A stretch of DNA of 64,000 nt, from contig JAVVGF010000002.1 in assembly GCA_032249235.1 (NCBI GenBank), positions 32,001-96,000 of the forward strand, read 5' to 3'. The DNA is from Thermoproteota archaeon (lineage in GTDB: Archaea; Thermoproteota; Thermoprotei; Gearchaeales; Gearchaeaceae). Made by a program: the position numbers and the translations under genes. This document shows, in pieces, positions 38,631 to 48,838 of the stretch (within the stretch, counting starts at the first letter, position 1; every line of letters begins with the position of its first letter). The notes below the pieces were generated by a model. That model ran no database searches, was not told the origin of the DNA, and worked only from the letters and a program-made list of their open reading frames with translations.

Positions 38631-39812
38631 ATGAAGACAAATATTAACATAAAGAATAGAGTGGCGATAGTAGGAGCTGGTATGACGCTATTCAGAAGAA
38701 GATTAAAAGAAACACCTCAAGAATTAGCTTTTGAAGCAAGTAAAGCAGCATTAGATTCAGCAGGATTAGAAGCAAAAGATATTGAAGCGGTAGTTGTAGG
38801 CTCAGCGCCTGATGCCTTCGATGGTTTTCACATGAAAGGAGAACACTTAAGTGATGGTTCTTTAGCTTATTTGAAACCTTTTAAACGTGTATTTGTAGGC
38901 GGAGCTACTGGTGTATTTACTGCAATTGCTGCATGGTGGCATGTAGCTTCCGGATTGTTCGATGTTGTCCTTGCAGTAGCGGAAGAAAAGATGAGTGATG
39001 CAAGACCTCATCCGCAAGCCATGTTCAAATACATATGGGATCCAATCATAGAAAGACCATTAAATCCAAACTTAATTTGGATTTTTGCAATGGAGATGCA
39101 CAGATATATGTATAAATATAATATCAAGAAAGAAGACATTGCACTTGTAGCTGTTAAAAATAAAAGGAATGCTTTAGATCATCCTGCTGCTCAAGCGGCA
39201 GCAAATATAACTGTTGAAGATGTTTTGAAAAGTGAAGTATTAGTTTGGCCTGTGCAAAAACTTGATATAAGCCCTGTTTCAGATGGAGCGGCTGCAATAG
39301 TATTAGCAAGTGAAAGAGTTGCTAAAAAAATTACTGATTCACCGGTATGGATAGAAGGTGTTGGATGGAATTTAGATTCAACACATTGGACTTCAAGAGA
39401 ACTAGCCTATCCTAGATATTTGGAAGAAGCAGGAAAAATGGCATATAAGTTAGCTGGCATAGATAATCCTAGAAAGCAGTTAGACTTCGCTGAAGTTTAT
39501 GACCCATTCGATTATAAAGAATTACATCATATGGAAGGTTTGCAATTAGCTGAAAAAGGTCAAGCGCCAATATTGACTAGAGAAGGAGTTACACAAAGAG
39601 ATGGAGATTTACCTATATGTCCAAGCGGAGGTCTATTAGGCGTAGGAAATCCTATAGCTGCAGCAGGTATGATGAAAGTTTGCGAATTATTCTGGCAACT
39701 TAGATATGAAGCAGGTAAAAGACAAGTTAGAATAAGAAGAGGATATGGCTTGGCCCAAGCCTGGGGTGACTTGATGCAGGTTAGCACTGTTATTATAGCA
39801 AAGAGTGGTTGA
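38631..39812 (+). CDS. thiolase-fold protein (SCP-x/Ltp2-like)
   Basis: SPVSDGAAA, AEVYDPF, PSGGLLGVGNP, QAWG. Confidence 0.88.
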   Translation: MKTNINIKNRVAIVGAGMTLFRRRLKETPQELAFEASKAALDSAGLEAKDIEAVVVGSAPDAFDGFHMKGEHLSDGSLAYLKPFKRVFVGGATGVFTAIAAWWHVASGLFDVVLAVAEEKMSDARPHPQAMFKYIWDPIIERPLNPNLIWIFAMEMHRYMYKYNIKKEDIALVAVKNKRNALDHPAAQAAANITVEDVLKSEVLVWPVQKLDISPVSDGAAAIVLASERVAKKITDSPVWIEGVGWNLDSTHWTSRELAYPRYLEEAGKMAYKLAGIDNPRKQLDFAEVYDPFDYKELHHMEGLQLAEKGQAPILTREGVTQRDGDLPICPSGGLLGVGNPIAAAGMMKVCELFWQLRYEAGKRQVRIRRGYGLAQAWGDLMQVSTVIIAKSG

Positions 39813-40314
39813 AATGCAGAAGGTTTATAATAGTAAGGCTGTTGGTATAGAAGAAGAAAAGCGAATACTTTCAATATATTATAAGCCATACGTTCGCTAT
39901 GAATTTTCTGCAGGTCAAGCACTGAGCAGGTTCCTTCTGGAACTTAAAAATGGAAAGATTATAGGAAGGAAATGTAATAAATGTAACAGGATTCTCGTTC
40001 CACCAAGAATGTATTGTGAGCAATGCTTTAGATTCACGGATGAATGGGTATATGTGAGAGATGAAGGATTTGTTGTAACTGCAGTGGTTAGTTACATAAC
40101 TTACGATGCAAGAAAAGCAGAGAAACCTGAAGTTGTAGGTGTAATAGAACTTCTTGACGCACCAGGGCAAGGAATATTCCATAGAATAAACGTTGACCAA
40201 CAGGAAGTAATTAATAGGGAAATATTCGGAAAAAGAGTTAAAGCGGTATGGAAAGACGAAAAAGAAAGAAAAGGAGATATTAACGATATATTATATTTTG
40301 AACCTATTAAATAA
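39805..40314 (+). CDS. DUF35 Zn-ribbon/OB-fold protein
   Basis: GKIIGRKCNKC..ILVPPR.YCEQC followed by an OB fold ending ...G.I.DI.YF.P. Confidence 0.9.
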   Translation: MVEMQKVYNSKAVGIEEEKRILSIYYKPYVRYEFSAGQALSRFLLELKNGKIIGRKCNKCNRILVPPRMYCEQCFRFTDEWVYVRDEGFVVTAVVSYITYDARKAEKPEVVGVIELLDAPGQGIFHRINVDQQEVINREIFGKRVKAVWKDEKERKGDINDILYFEPIK

Positions 40315-40317
40315 GAC

Positions 40318-40785
40318 ATGGAAAACAGAATAGAGAAACTTTTAAACTATCCAGGTGATATGGAAGCGGAAGCATATGTTTACACTGCAGGCGAGCTAGG
40401 CGAGAAATTTTTAATGAGTTTGAGAGATGAAGGAAAAATTAAAGCGGCTTTTTGTAGCTATTGCGAGAAATTATTCTTACCAGTACGATCTTTCTGTATT
40501 TTTTGCGGTAAAGAAGTAAATATTTTGAGAGATATTGAACAAGAAGGATACATAGAATCGTTCACAAAAGTTAAATTAGATAGCTCAGGTAATGAGATTA
40601 AAGAACCTTTCTATTTAGCTTATATAAAATTTAAGGGGGTGGAGGGCGGCTTATTACATAAATTAGGAGAAGTAAAAGAAGAATTGAAGATTGGCATGAA
40701 AGTGATTCCAGTTTTTAAAGAAAAATCACAAAGAAGAGGTAGTTTAGAAGATATAGCTTATTTTAAACCAATCAGTAACTCTTAA
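40318..40785 (+). CDS. DUF35 Zn-ribbon/OB-fold protein
   Basis: CSYC..LFLP.RSFCIFC; GMKV.PVF...RRGSLEDI.YF.P. Confidence 0.9.
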   Translation: MENRIEKLLNYPGDMEAEAYVYTAGELGEKFLMSLRDEGKIKAAFCSYCEKLFLPVRSFCIFCGKEVNILRDIEQEGYIESFTKVKLDSSGNEIKEPFYLAYIKFKGVEGGLLHKLGEVKEELKIGMKVIPVFKEKSQRRGSLEDIAYFKPISNS

Positions 40786-41893
40786 ACTGTTCGTACCATA
40801 ATTCATATTTTTTGATCATTTCTACTGTAATTGATGGCTTTCGTCTATTTATGGCATTCAAGAAATCTTCAGTAGTAGGTTGCCTAAGTTTCGAATGAAT
40901 GCCTTTTTGTTCAAAAACTTCTCTTACAAGCATGTTCTGCACATTTACGCATATATCTTTAATATCGTTAGCGCTATATCCTTCAGTCATACTTGCCAGT
41001 TTTTCATAATCCAAGTTTAGCGGATTTAAAGGTTTGGCATAGAATTTGAATAATTCTATGCGAGTTTTATAATCAGGAGGAGGAACATACAATCTTAATT
41101 GAAATCTCCTTATGAAGGCATAATCCAAAAGCCAAGGTTTGTTTGTGGCTGCTATCAAATAAATTCTTCTTCGGACATTTTTTTCCATTAATCCGTCCAT
41201 TTCTTTAAGGAATTGATTTCTAAGCCTTATTTCTCCACCTACTTCATAATTTGAGATCCCAAATACCGAATCGGCTTCATCTATAAATATTATCACTACT
41301 TTGTTTTCGCTTTCGTATTTCCTAGCCATATTGAACAATCTCGCCACATTTTTCTCAGATTCTCCTAGCCATTTGGAAAATAATGAAGCAGAGTCTACAT
41401 TGAAGAATACAGATTTTATCTCATTAGCAATAGCTGCACATAATAGCGTTTTTCCGCATCCTGGAGGACCATAAAGCAATATATTTCTAGGCCAACCTAG
41501 AGGAAACAAATCTGGTCTTTTTGAAGGATATATTATTGCCTCCATGAGCGCTCTTTTAGTTTCTTCTAAACCTATTACGTCTTCCCACTTAACATTGGGT
41601 GCTTCTGTTAAAATTAAATTATATAAAGAATCAGATACAGAATATTCAGCATTCCCTTCTAAAAGTTGCGTAAGTTCATTTATTTTAGCTTGGCATCGTG
41701 CAATTCTATCAAGATAAAGACTATTAAGTCTATAATTGGGATCTAGTTCAATTAGCTTCGATAGGCAGTTTATTGCGTCTTGGTATTTCTCTATTGCTTT
41801 TCGGTAATTTCCATTCCTTTCATAATTTATTGCTTCATTAATTAATTTCGCTGCTTCATTTTGGAGATAAGCTGCTGTTGAATTGAAAGACAT
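40772..41893 (-). CDS. cdvC: CdvC / Vps4 AAA+ ATPase with MIT domain
   Basis: N-terminal MIT, RPDLFPLGWPR, GPPGCGKT, SKWLGESEK pore loop, IFIDE, ATNKPW.LD..FIRRF. Confidence 0.95.
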   Translation of the reverse strand: MSFNSTAAYLQNEAAKLINEAINYERNGNYRKAIEKYQDAINCLSKLIELDPNYRLNSLYLDRIARCQAKINELTQLLEGNAEYSVSDSLYNLILTEAPNVKWEDVIGLEETKRALMEAIIYPSKRPDLFPLGWPRNILLYGPPGCGKTLLCAAIANEIKSVFFNVDSASLFSKWLGESEKNVARLFNMARKYESENKVVIIFIDEADSVFGISNYEVGGEIRLRNQFLKEMDGLMEKNVRRRIYLIAATNKPWLLDYAFIRRFQLRLYVPPPDYKTRIELFKFYAKPLNPLNLDYEKLASMTEGYSANDIKDICVNVQNMLVREVFEQKGIHSKLRQPTTEDFLNAINRRKPSITVEMIKKYELWYEQFKSY

Positions 41894-41896
41894 AGT

Positions 41897-42676
41897 TCAC
41901 TTTATTCTTTGAAGTTTTCCTTGTTTAATTAAATCATCAATGACTTGATTCAACTTTGATTGTGGAATACCTAATTCTTCACTACATCTTTTTAGGTCTA
42001 TCCTCCCTTTATTTTCAATTACATATCTCAATAGCTTATCCTCTAAGCTAGTTATTTCTGAGCTATTGTGCTTTGTAGCAACATATCCTGTCCCATATCC
42101 TTCTGCTTCCATCAATCTTAAGCTTGAAAGTTTCTTTTCTTGATTGGCTAAAGGTATCTCGGGTAATTTCTTTGCAATGCTAGATGAAGCGATTTCAGCT
42201 GCCTCCCTTAATATTGCTTCAGCTTCTTCACTCATTGAAACTTCATAAACATTATTATCAGGATAGTAAATTCTAAGATTTTCTATATTATTCACCAATT
42301 CATCCATTTCGCTACCCAACATCGGAGATACTTTGCTAGCTTCATCTTTTATTGAAGTAATCATTCTTGGAATAGGAGAGATTGCTTTAGCGAACTCATC
42401 TAGGCTTAGTATAGTTTCAGCTCGCAATATAAATGACTCTAACGCAAGAATAATATTCTCAATATTATTTTGCAACCTTCTTATTTCTGCGATTTCATTA
42501 GCTAAAATCTTAGCCATTTCGTTCTGAGGAGCCAGCTTTAATTTTTCAAAAAGAATACTTTCTCTGCTTTTTAGTTTTTGTTTTATGAAAAGTAATCTTG
42601 AATGATGAGCTTTAACAAGCGCTAATACATTTGAGAGTTTTTCCTTTAATGATGGCTCTCTTTTGAATATCTTCAT
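41897..42676 (-). CDS. cdvB: CdvB, ESCRT-III protein with C-terminal winged helix
   Basis: Snf7 core (LANEIAEIRR, EAEAILREA), MIM2-like KLPEIP, C-terminal wH (LLRYVIEN.G.ID...CSEELG). Confidence 0.88.
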   Translation of the reverse strand: MKIFKREPSLKEKLSNVLALVKAHHSRLLFIKQKLKSRESILFEKLKLAPQNEMAKILANEIAEIRRLQNNIENIILALESFILRAETILSLDEFAKAISPIPRMITSIKDEASKVSPMLGSEMDELVNNIENLRIYYPDNNVYEVSMSEEAEAILREAAEIASSSIAKKLPEIPLANQEKKLSSLRLMEAEGYGTGYVATKHNSSEITSLEDKLLRYVIENKGRIDLKRCSEELGIPQSKLNQVIDDLIKQGKLQRIK

Positions 42677-42681
42677 AAAAC

Positions 42682-43311
42682 TTAAGATACTATTTTTACT
42701 TCTATAATGCTACTCTTATCAATATTATTTATTTGATTTAATATGTCATTTAAATAATTTATCTCTTTAGAAATTCTATTCTTCGTAGATAATAAATGCT
42801 CTAATTTGCTTTCATAATTTGATTTATCTATATTGTTCTCTATATATGATAATTTTAGTTCTATGATTGATTCATCTACTTTAGTTTGTAAATTGTTTAA
42901 ATACTCAAATCTAGATAAAATTTCATTTTTTAAAATTTCAAGCTCATTAAGAAGTTCTTTTAGAGATTGTTCGGTCTTGCTTTTTATTTGAGCAAATACT
43001 TCTTTATTAACATTGTCATCGTAAAATTTATTTATTGATTCTATTCTTGTATGTACATATTTTATCTTTTTTTCTATATTCCTATATTTATAATAAATAT
43101 TACCAAAAAGTTTAAAGGTATCTTCGCTGACTTTTTCAATTCTATCGATTGAAACTTCATGAATGTCAATAGCGCTTCGAATTAAAACTGTTTTAACTTC
43201 GCCTATACCATCAGTAGTATAACCAACTAATACACCTAGTGTTTCGTCGAATTCATTTATTATTCGCGAGCCAATATACTTAGAAAACTCGTTAGAATAC
43301 ATGCTATACAT
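42682..43311 (-). CDS. cdvA: CdvA cell division protein
   Basis: PRC-barrel-like N-terminus (YIG..I..EF...LG.LVG), coiled coil, C-terminal IEVKIV ESCRT-III-binding-like peptide; upstream of cdvB-cdvC. Confidence 0.82.
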   Translation of the reverse strand: MYSMYSNEFSKYIGSRIINEFDETLGVLVGYTTDGIGEVKTVLIRSAIDIHEVSIDRIEKVSEDTFKLFGNIYYKYRNIEKKIKYVHTRIESINKFYDDNVNKEVFAQIKSKTEQSLKELLNELEILKNEILSRFEYLNNLQTKVDESIIELKLSYIENNIDKSNYESKLEHLLSTKNRISKEINYLNDILNQINNIDKSSIIEVKIVS

Positions 43312-43948
43312 TAGTCTTTTCTACTTCGCTCGATGTTGTGGGTATTTCAGCAAAAGTTTTTCTAAGTTCTCTTTCTACCATGATTCTAGCTTCGTTTAAT
43401 ATTCTTTCTGCTTCTTCGCTTCCAGCTTCAAATACGAATTGCGAAGATGGAGGATGACCAACCTCTGTTAACATATTTCCTATTACGTTACCAACTTGAG
43501 ACAATTCTCTTTCAGCTTCAGGTAATACACCGCTAAGCCATGATCTTACGCTACCTATGACTCTTAGAGCAGGTGCAAGCGTTACAGCTACATCTCCTAC
43601 ATCCTTAATCAATTCAAGTCGCATTCGAACTGCTTGTAATGCATATTTGCTATGTAATATCACTTTTTCTAACTTCCTAATACCTGCAAGCTCGTTAGCA
43701 TAAACTTTTACTCTACTCATATCTCTTCTCAAGTAGAAGTTCACTAAGTATTCGAATAGTCTTCTATCCCTTTCATATAACCTATTGTATATTTGATCAA
43801 TTCTACTTGTTTGTATATCTAATATTCTACAAACATAGTCGATTCGCTCTTTAATTGGGGATTGTGGATATATTGCGTCTTTTATTCGTTCGCTAAAAGA
43901 CTTTTGGGCAGCTTTATAATCCCAATCCCTCATAAATGTTTCTGACAT
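43304..43948 (-). CDS. ESCRT-III paralog (CdvB1/B2-like, no wH)
   Basis: RD..LFE, YANELA.IRK, GDVAVTLAPA, PEAE.EL, EEAERILNEA. Confidence 0.9.
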   Translation of the reverse strand: MSETFMRDWDYKAAQKSFSERIKDAIYPQSPIKERIDYVCRILDIQTSRIDQIYNRLYERDRRLFEYLVNFYLRRDMSRVKVYANELAGIRKLEKVILHSKYALQAVRMRLELIKDVGDVAVTLAPALRVIGSVRSWLSGVLPEAERELSQVGNVIGNMLTEVGHPPSSQFVFEAGSEEAERILNEARIMVERELRKTFAEIPTTSSEVEKTNV

Positions 43949-44040
43949 TCCTTTGATAGTTAGTTTGTTAAAATAAAAAAGAAATCTCCTTATGGAAAAT
44001 GACAGATAAATTAAAAAATTTTGGAAAAATTTTATGGAAA

Positions 44041-45324
44041 CTAAGGATAAACTCTAAAAGGTGTCCTTGGAAATGGAACAGTATTCCTTATATGATTTAC
44101 GCCAGTTATCCACTTTACGATTCTTTCAAGTCCTAAACCAAAGCCTGCATGAGGAACACTTCCATATCTTCTTAGATCAATATACCACTTATAATCTTCT
44201 GGATTGAGATTGTATTCCTTCAATCTCTTTAACAAAAGATCCAAATGATGTATTCTTTGACCACCAGTAGTTATTTCACCTTCACCAGGAGCATACAAAT
44301 CTGAGCTTAAAGTTAAATTCTCATCATCAGGATGCGGCATATGATAAAACGCTCTAGTTGATTTAGGAAAGAACATAACGAAGGCGGGCCTATCGATACT
44401 GTTTGCTATCACTTTCTCAGCTTCAGCACCGAAATCATCGCCGAAATTCATCCTAATCCCGTTTTTGTTGACCAATTCTACTGCTTGAGCGTAAGTCATT
44501 CTTATAAAAGGACGTTTAGGCTTTTCAATTGTTCTTCCTAATATTTCTAAATCTTTACTGCTTTCATCGATTACTTTTTCAACAATGTAACTTACCAAAT
44601 CTTCTTCATAATTCATGATATCCTCATGGGTGGCAAATGCTACCTCAGCTTCAATATGCCAAAATTCAGTTAGATGTTTTCTTGTTTTAGATTTTTCAGC
44701 TCTAAACGAAGGTTGAATGGTATATACTTTTTCGAAACCAAATATTGCAGCCTCAAGATAAAGTTGAGAACTTTGAGTTAAATGAACAGTTTTTCCAAAA
44801 TAATTTACATCAAATAAAGTTGCTCCTCCTTCGCATGCGGCAAGAACAAAGCTGGGGCAATGTACCAAATGGAAACCATTCCTTCTAAACCATTCTTCAG
44901 CAGCCTCTACAACTTTTTCTCTAATTCTCAATATTGCTTGAAACTTTTCTCTTCTCAAATATAAATGTCTATGATCTAACAGGAATTTTACACCTACACC
45001 TTTCTTTATTGGATATTCTTCGCTTTTACCGATTATTTCTAGGCTTTCACATAAAATCTCTACCCCTTTAGGAGCTCTAGGATCCTTTTTTACATATCCC
45101 TCAATACTTATTGAGGCTTCTCTCTTTAGTTCATCAACAATTGTATCAAAACTAGGATGCTTTAGTTCATGTTTCTTTATTGTAACTTGAACAATACCTG
45201 TGCCATCTCTTAAATCAATGAAAGCAAGTCCTCCTTGTATTCTAGCATTATATATCCATCCTCTTAATCTAACTTTTTTTCCTTCTTCTAGCGCAAATAC
45301 TTCTTCAACTTTGTTAAAGCTCAT
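44041..45324 (-). CDS. asnS: asparaginyl-tRNA synthetase
   Basis: OB anticodon domain, CEGG.TLF, QSSQLYLE, FRAEKS.TR.HL.EFW, DLRRYGSVPHAGFGLGLER. Confidence 0.9.
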   Translation of the reverse strand: MSFNKVEEVFALEEGKKVRLRGWIYNARIQGGLAFIDLRDGTGIVQVTIKKHELKHPSFDTIVDELKREASISIEGYVKKDPRAPKGVEILCESLEIIGKSEEYPIKKGVGVKFLLDHRHLYLRREKFQAILRIREKVVEAAEEWFRRNGFHLVHCPSFVLAACEGGATLFDVNYFGKTVHLTQSSQLYLEAAIFGFEKVYTIQPSFRAEKSKTRKHLTEFWHIEAEVAFATHEDIMNYEEDLVSYIVEKVIDESSKDLEILGRTIEKPKRPFIRMTYAQAVELVNKNGIRMNFGDDFGAEAEKVIANSIDRPAFVMFFPKSTRAFYHMPHPDDENLTLSSDLYAPGEGEITTGGQRIHHLDLLLKRLKEYNLNPEDYKWYIDLRRYGSVPHAGFGLGLERIVKWITGVNHIRNTVPFPRTPFRVYP

Positions 45325-45344
45325 TGTATAAAATTGTTTAAGTA

Positions 45345-46034
45345 TTACATTTCTATAAGTCTTTTTGCAATTTCTATAAATCCTTTGTAATATCCCTCAT
45401 TTGAAACCAGTTTAGCTTTTTCTTTTAGCTTTCCATACGAATTTGAAAGCGCAATAGGAAAATCTACAAATTCAAATATATCAATATCGACCTCGCTATC
45501 TCCAATGGCATAACTTTCACAACTTTTTAAATTTAATTTTTCCAATAACAACTTTGCTGCAGAAGCCTTTGATATATGTCTTTGATTTATTATCAAAGAA
45601 TAACCAGTATCTAATATTTTCACATCCAGTTGAGGATTTGAGAGTATGAAATCTTTTATGTTATTAATTATTCTAGAATCATTTACTTTCATCAATGCTT
45701 GATCTGATAACCTAATCGGATTGCTCCAATGTTCAATAACTTGAGGAAAATTTTGCTTTATAGCGTTCAATGCTTTAATTGCAATTTGTTTATCTGCAAG
45801 AATAGTTAAGTTCTTCCCATTATCTATGACGCCTCCATTTTCTGCAATAATGTAATCAAAAATATCAAAGTATCTATTAAGAATTCTTACTGTATAGTAA
45901 GCATTCGCAGAACATGCTATAACAATGAAATTGCTCCTTCTTAGCTCTCTTATTTTTTCAATTGAAGAAAAAGGCAACAATCCTAATTCATCAGTTATAG
46001 TGCCGTCGATGTCTAGAAACAATACTTTATTCAT
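45345..46034 (-). CDS. HAD-superfamily phosphatase (archaeal phosphoglycolate phosphatase-like)
   Basis: DIDGTITD, AENGG, SK, GDSEVD. Confidence 0.87.
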   Translation of the reverse strand: MNKVLFLDIDGTITDELGLLPFSSIEKIRELRRSNFIVIACSANAYYTVRILNRYFDIFDYIIAENGGVIDNGKNLTILADKQIAIKALNAIKQNFPQVIEHWSNPIRLSDQALMKVNDSRIINNIKDFILSNPQLDVKILDTGYSLIINQRHISKASAAKLLLEKLNLKSCESYAIGDSEVDIDIFEFVDFPIALSNSYGKLKEKAKLVSNEGYYKGFIEIAKRLIEM

Positions 46035-46863
46035 TAGCTAATGCATCATAGCATAACTTGAAAATTTCCTTATTTAAATGCTTCAAAACAGGTCTGTTTT
46101 TCTTAGAGCCAATAAGCTCGTCTAGATAAATTTTAAAGGTTATGAAATCTTCTTCGTAATATTTACAGTTTGCAATTACTTCACCGCGTGAAGTATAAGC
46201 AAAGCTACCTCCCCAAAAGTTCACTCCTTCTTGAACTCCTGTCATATTTACGTATATTACATTAATTGTATTCTCTAAAGCTCTCGCTTTCAAAATAGTT
46301 TCAAAATAAGGTCTGCTAGGATTTGGTGAAGCAGAAATGTTAATAATCGTGTGACAACCTTTTATTGCTAAATACCTATTCAATTCAGGAAAGAAAGCAT
46401 CAAAACAGATTGTTAGCCCAAATCTTCCAAATTCAGTATCTACGAAAACAGGTTTTGATCCGTTTCTGAAATATTTTTGTTCTTCAAACATCCTATAAGT
46501 CGGTAGATAAATTTTTCTATAAACTTCATGATCGCCATTAGGTTTAATCCAAACTGCTGAATTATATATAATTTCAGAATAAGGTGATGCACGCTCAGGC
46601 ATCCCAAAAATTACATGTAAAGAATTTTGAATAGCAGATTCTTTTATTATATTGAAGCTTTTACCTGGTACAGTCTCAGCAAGCTCATATACTAAATCTC
46701 TTATGTAATACCCTGTTAGGGATAATTCAGGAAAAATAACCATATTGCATCCTTCATCCTTAGCCCTCTTGATACCTTTTAGTATCTTATCTAGATTTAG
46801 CTCAACATTACCTAGAACTGGAGAGATTTGAGCTAGGGCTATTTTCATTGAATTCATGTTCAT
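46027..46863 (-). CDS. carbon-nitrogen hydrolase (nitrilase superfamily)
   Basis: FPEL, YRK.YLP, ICFD catalytic E-K-C; F.GGS. Confidence 0.9.
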   Translation of the reverse strand: MNMNSMKIALAQISPVLGNVELNLDKILKGIKRAKDEGCNMVIFPELSLTGYYIRDLVYELAETVPGKSFNIIKESAIQNSLHVIFGMPERASPYSEIIYNSAVWIKPNGDHEVYRKIYLPTYRMFEEQKYFRNGSKPVFVDTEFGRFGLTICFDAFFPELNRYLAIKGCHTIINISASPNPSRPYFETILKARALENTINVIYVNMTGVQEGVNFWGGSFAYTSRGEVIANCKYYEEDFITFKIYLDELIGSKKNRPVLKHLNKEIFKLCYDALANE

Positions 46864-46898
46864 ATTTCATTTATTAATCATCATCTAATAATAACTTA

Positions 46899-47720
46899 AT
46901 GATAAGCTTGCCTAAATTGAATTATGAAGATGTATTAAAACAGATTTCAAATTTCTTATTTAGAGCACTTGAAAATGCGAAAGCTGAAGGTTACGTTGTA
47001 GGTGTTAGTGGAGGAATAGATTCTTCAGTTTCTGCAACATTAGCAGCTAGAAGCTTAGGAAATAAAGTTAAAGCTTTGATTATGCCTGAAGAAGGAATAA
47101 CACCTATAGAAGATATTAAAGATGCGAAAGAGCTTTGTGAATCATTAAATATTGAATATAAAATAATTCCGATAAATCAAATAAAAGAATCATATTTAAA
47201 AAATCTAGGTTTTTCAAGTAACATTAAAGCTATAGGTAATCTCAGTGCAAGAATAAGGATGAGTATTCTTTATTATTTTGCGAATTCATACAATTTATTA
47301 GTTCTAGGCACAGGCGATAAAAGCGAAATATTAATTGGGTACTTCACTAAATATGGAGATGGAGGAGTTGATGTATTACCTATAGGCGATTTGTACAAAA
47401 CACAAGTTAGAGAACTAGGAAGATATCTAGGTTTGAGTGAAAGAATAGTTAACAAAAAGAGCAGTCCAAGGCTTTGGGCAGGTCAGGAAGCTGAAAGTGA
47501 ATTAGGAATCTCATATGAATTATTAGATAAGATACTTTATGGCTTAGTAGAATTAGAATTAGACTCGCAAAGTATTGCAAATAGATTGAATATAGATATA
47601 GAAACAGTTAGGAGAATAAAAGAAATAATTAAGAGTAATGAACATAAAAGAAAAGGCCCAATAATATGCCAGATAAATTTAAAGGCTGTAGGAGTAGGTT
47701 TTAAACTTCCTGCCATTTAA
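46899..47720 (+). CDS. nadE: NAD+ synthetase (single-domain)
   Basis: GVSGGIDSS, GN.SARIRM, KSE..IGYFTKYGDG, DLYKTQV, SP.LW.GQ, HKR. Confidence 0.95.
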   Translation: MISLPKLNYEDVLKQISNFLFRALENAKAEGYVVGVSGGIDSSVSATLAARSLGNKVKALIMPEEGITPIEDIKDAKELCESLNIEYKIIPINQIKESYLKNLGFSSNIKAIGNLSARIRMSILYYFANSYNLLVLGTGDKSEILIGYFTKYGDGGVDVLPIGDLYKTQVRELGRYLGLSERIVNKKSSPRLWAGQEAESELGISYELLDKILYGLVELELDSQSIANRLNIDIETVRRIKEIIKSNEHKRKGPIICQINLKAVGVGFKLPAI

Positions 47721-47752
47721 AGTTAAATACTAAACAGATGAAATCGATTTAA

Positions 47753-48838
47753 GTGAACAAAGCAATAATAGGTTTTGTTAAAACAGATTTTAAAGATAAA
47801 ATACTCTATAGGATAAAGCTCGATGAATTTAATAAGATAGCTAAAGCTTTAGGATACGAAGTTGTAGATGAGATAATTCAAACAAATTCGAAAATTGATA
47901 GTAGTTATGTTTTTGGTAAAGGTAAAATTGAAGAGTTAAAATTTTTAATAAATGAATATGGAGTAGATAGTTTATTAATTTATAATGTTTTAAATAGCAT
48001 GCAAAAAATAAATTTAGAAGATTATTTAAATGTAAAAGTTTTGGATAGGTATGATTTAATATTAGAGATTTTTGAACTTAATGCAGGAGATTCAATTTCA
48101 AAGTTTCAAATAGAACTAGCAAGAATAGAGAGAATGATTCCTTATGTAAGAAAAAGAGCTTCAATCATGTATTTTAGAGATAGACCTGGACCTAGAAGTT
48201 TGGGTGAGTATGCTTATCATAAAACAATAGCTCAACTAACTTCAAGAAAAAAACGAATAAAAGAAAAATTGGAAAAATATAGACTCTTCAAAAAAATTCA
48301 AAGAGAAAAAAGAAAGGAGCTAAATATACCTATCGTAGCTCTATGCGGTTTTTATGGAGCTGGTAAAACAACGCTTTTCAATGCTTTAACGAATTTAAAT
48401 AAAGAAGTTAAAGGAATACCCTTCACTACATTATCTAGTAAGAATTACATGATTAAAAGAGAGGGAAAAAGTTTAATCATAATGGATACGATTGGATTTG
48501 CATTCGATATAGATCCATTGATAATAAAGAGCTTCGAGGTTACTTTAGAAGATCTAAAAGAGGCGAATTTAAATTTACTAGTATTAGATGCAAGTGATGA
48601 TGAAATTGTTTTTGAAGAAAAAATAAAAACAAATCTAAATATTTTACGAGAATTAGAAATAGAAGATAAAAAAATAATTCCAATATTAAATAAAACAGAT
48701 TTAATAGATAAAGAAGATTTAATGAATAAAATCAAAATAACTAAAAATTATTTTGTCAATGAAAGTATCCATATATCAGCATATTATAAATATAACTTAG
48801 ATATGTTAATTAAAAAAATCTTAAATTTTATATCTTGA
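47753..48838 (+). CDS. hflX: HflX-family ribosome-associated GTPase
   Basis: G.GK.EEL, DR..LILEIF, Q.ELA, G1 GFYGAGKTT, DTIGF, NKTD, ISA. Confidence 0.85.
   Translation: MNKAIIGFVKTDFKDKILYRIKLDEFNKIAKALGYEVVDEIIQTNSKIDSSYVFGKGKIEELKFLINEYGVDSLLIYNVLNSMQKINLEDYLNVKVLDRYDLILEIFELNAGDSISKFQIELARIERMIPYVRKRASIMYFRDRPGPRSLGEYAYHKTIAQLTSRKKRIKEKLEKYRLFKKIQREKRKELNIPIVALCGFYGAGKTTLFNALTNLNKEVKGIPFTTLSSKNYMIKREGKSLIIMDTIGFAFDIDPLIIKSFEVTLEDLKEANLNLLVLDASDDEIVFEEKIKTNLNILRELEIEDKKIIPILNKTDLIDKEDLMNKIKITKNYFVNESIHISAYYKYNLDMLIKKILNFIS

Noticed and set aside
46864-46898. Second C/D sRNA (GATGATGA on the minus strand)
   Set aside because: No D box at a suitable distance; the sequence runs into the nitrilase start.
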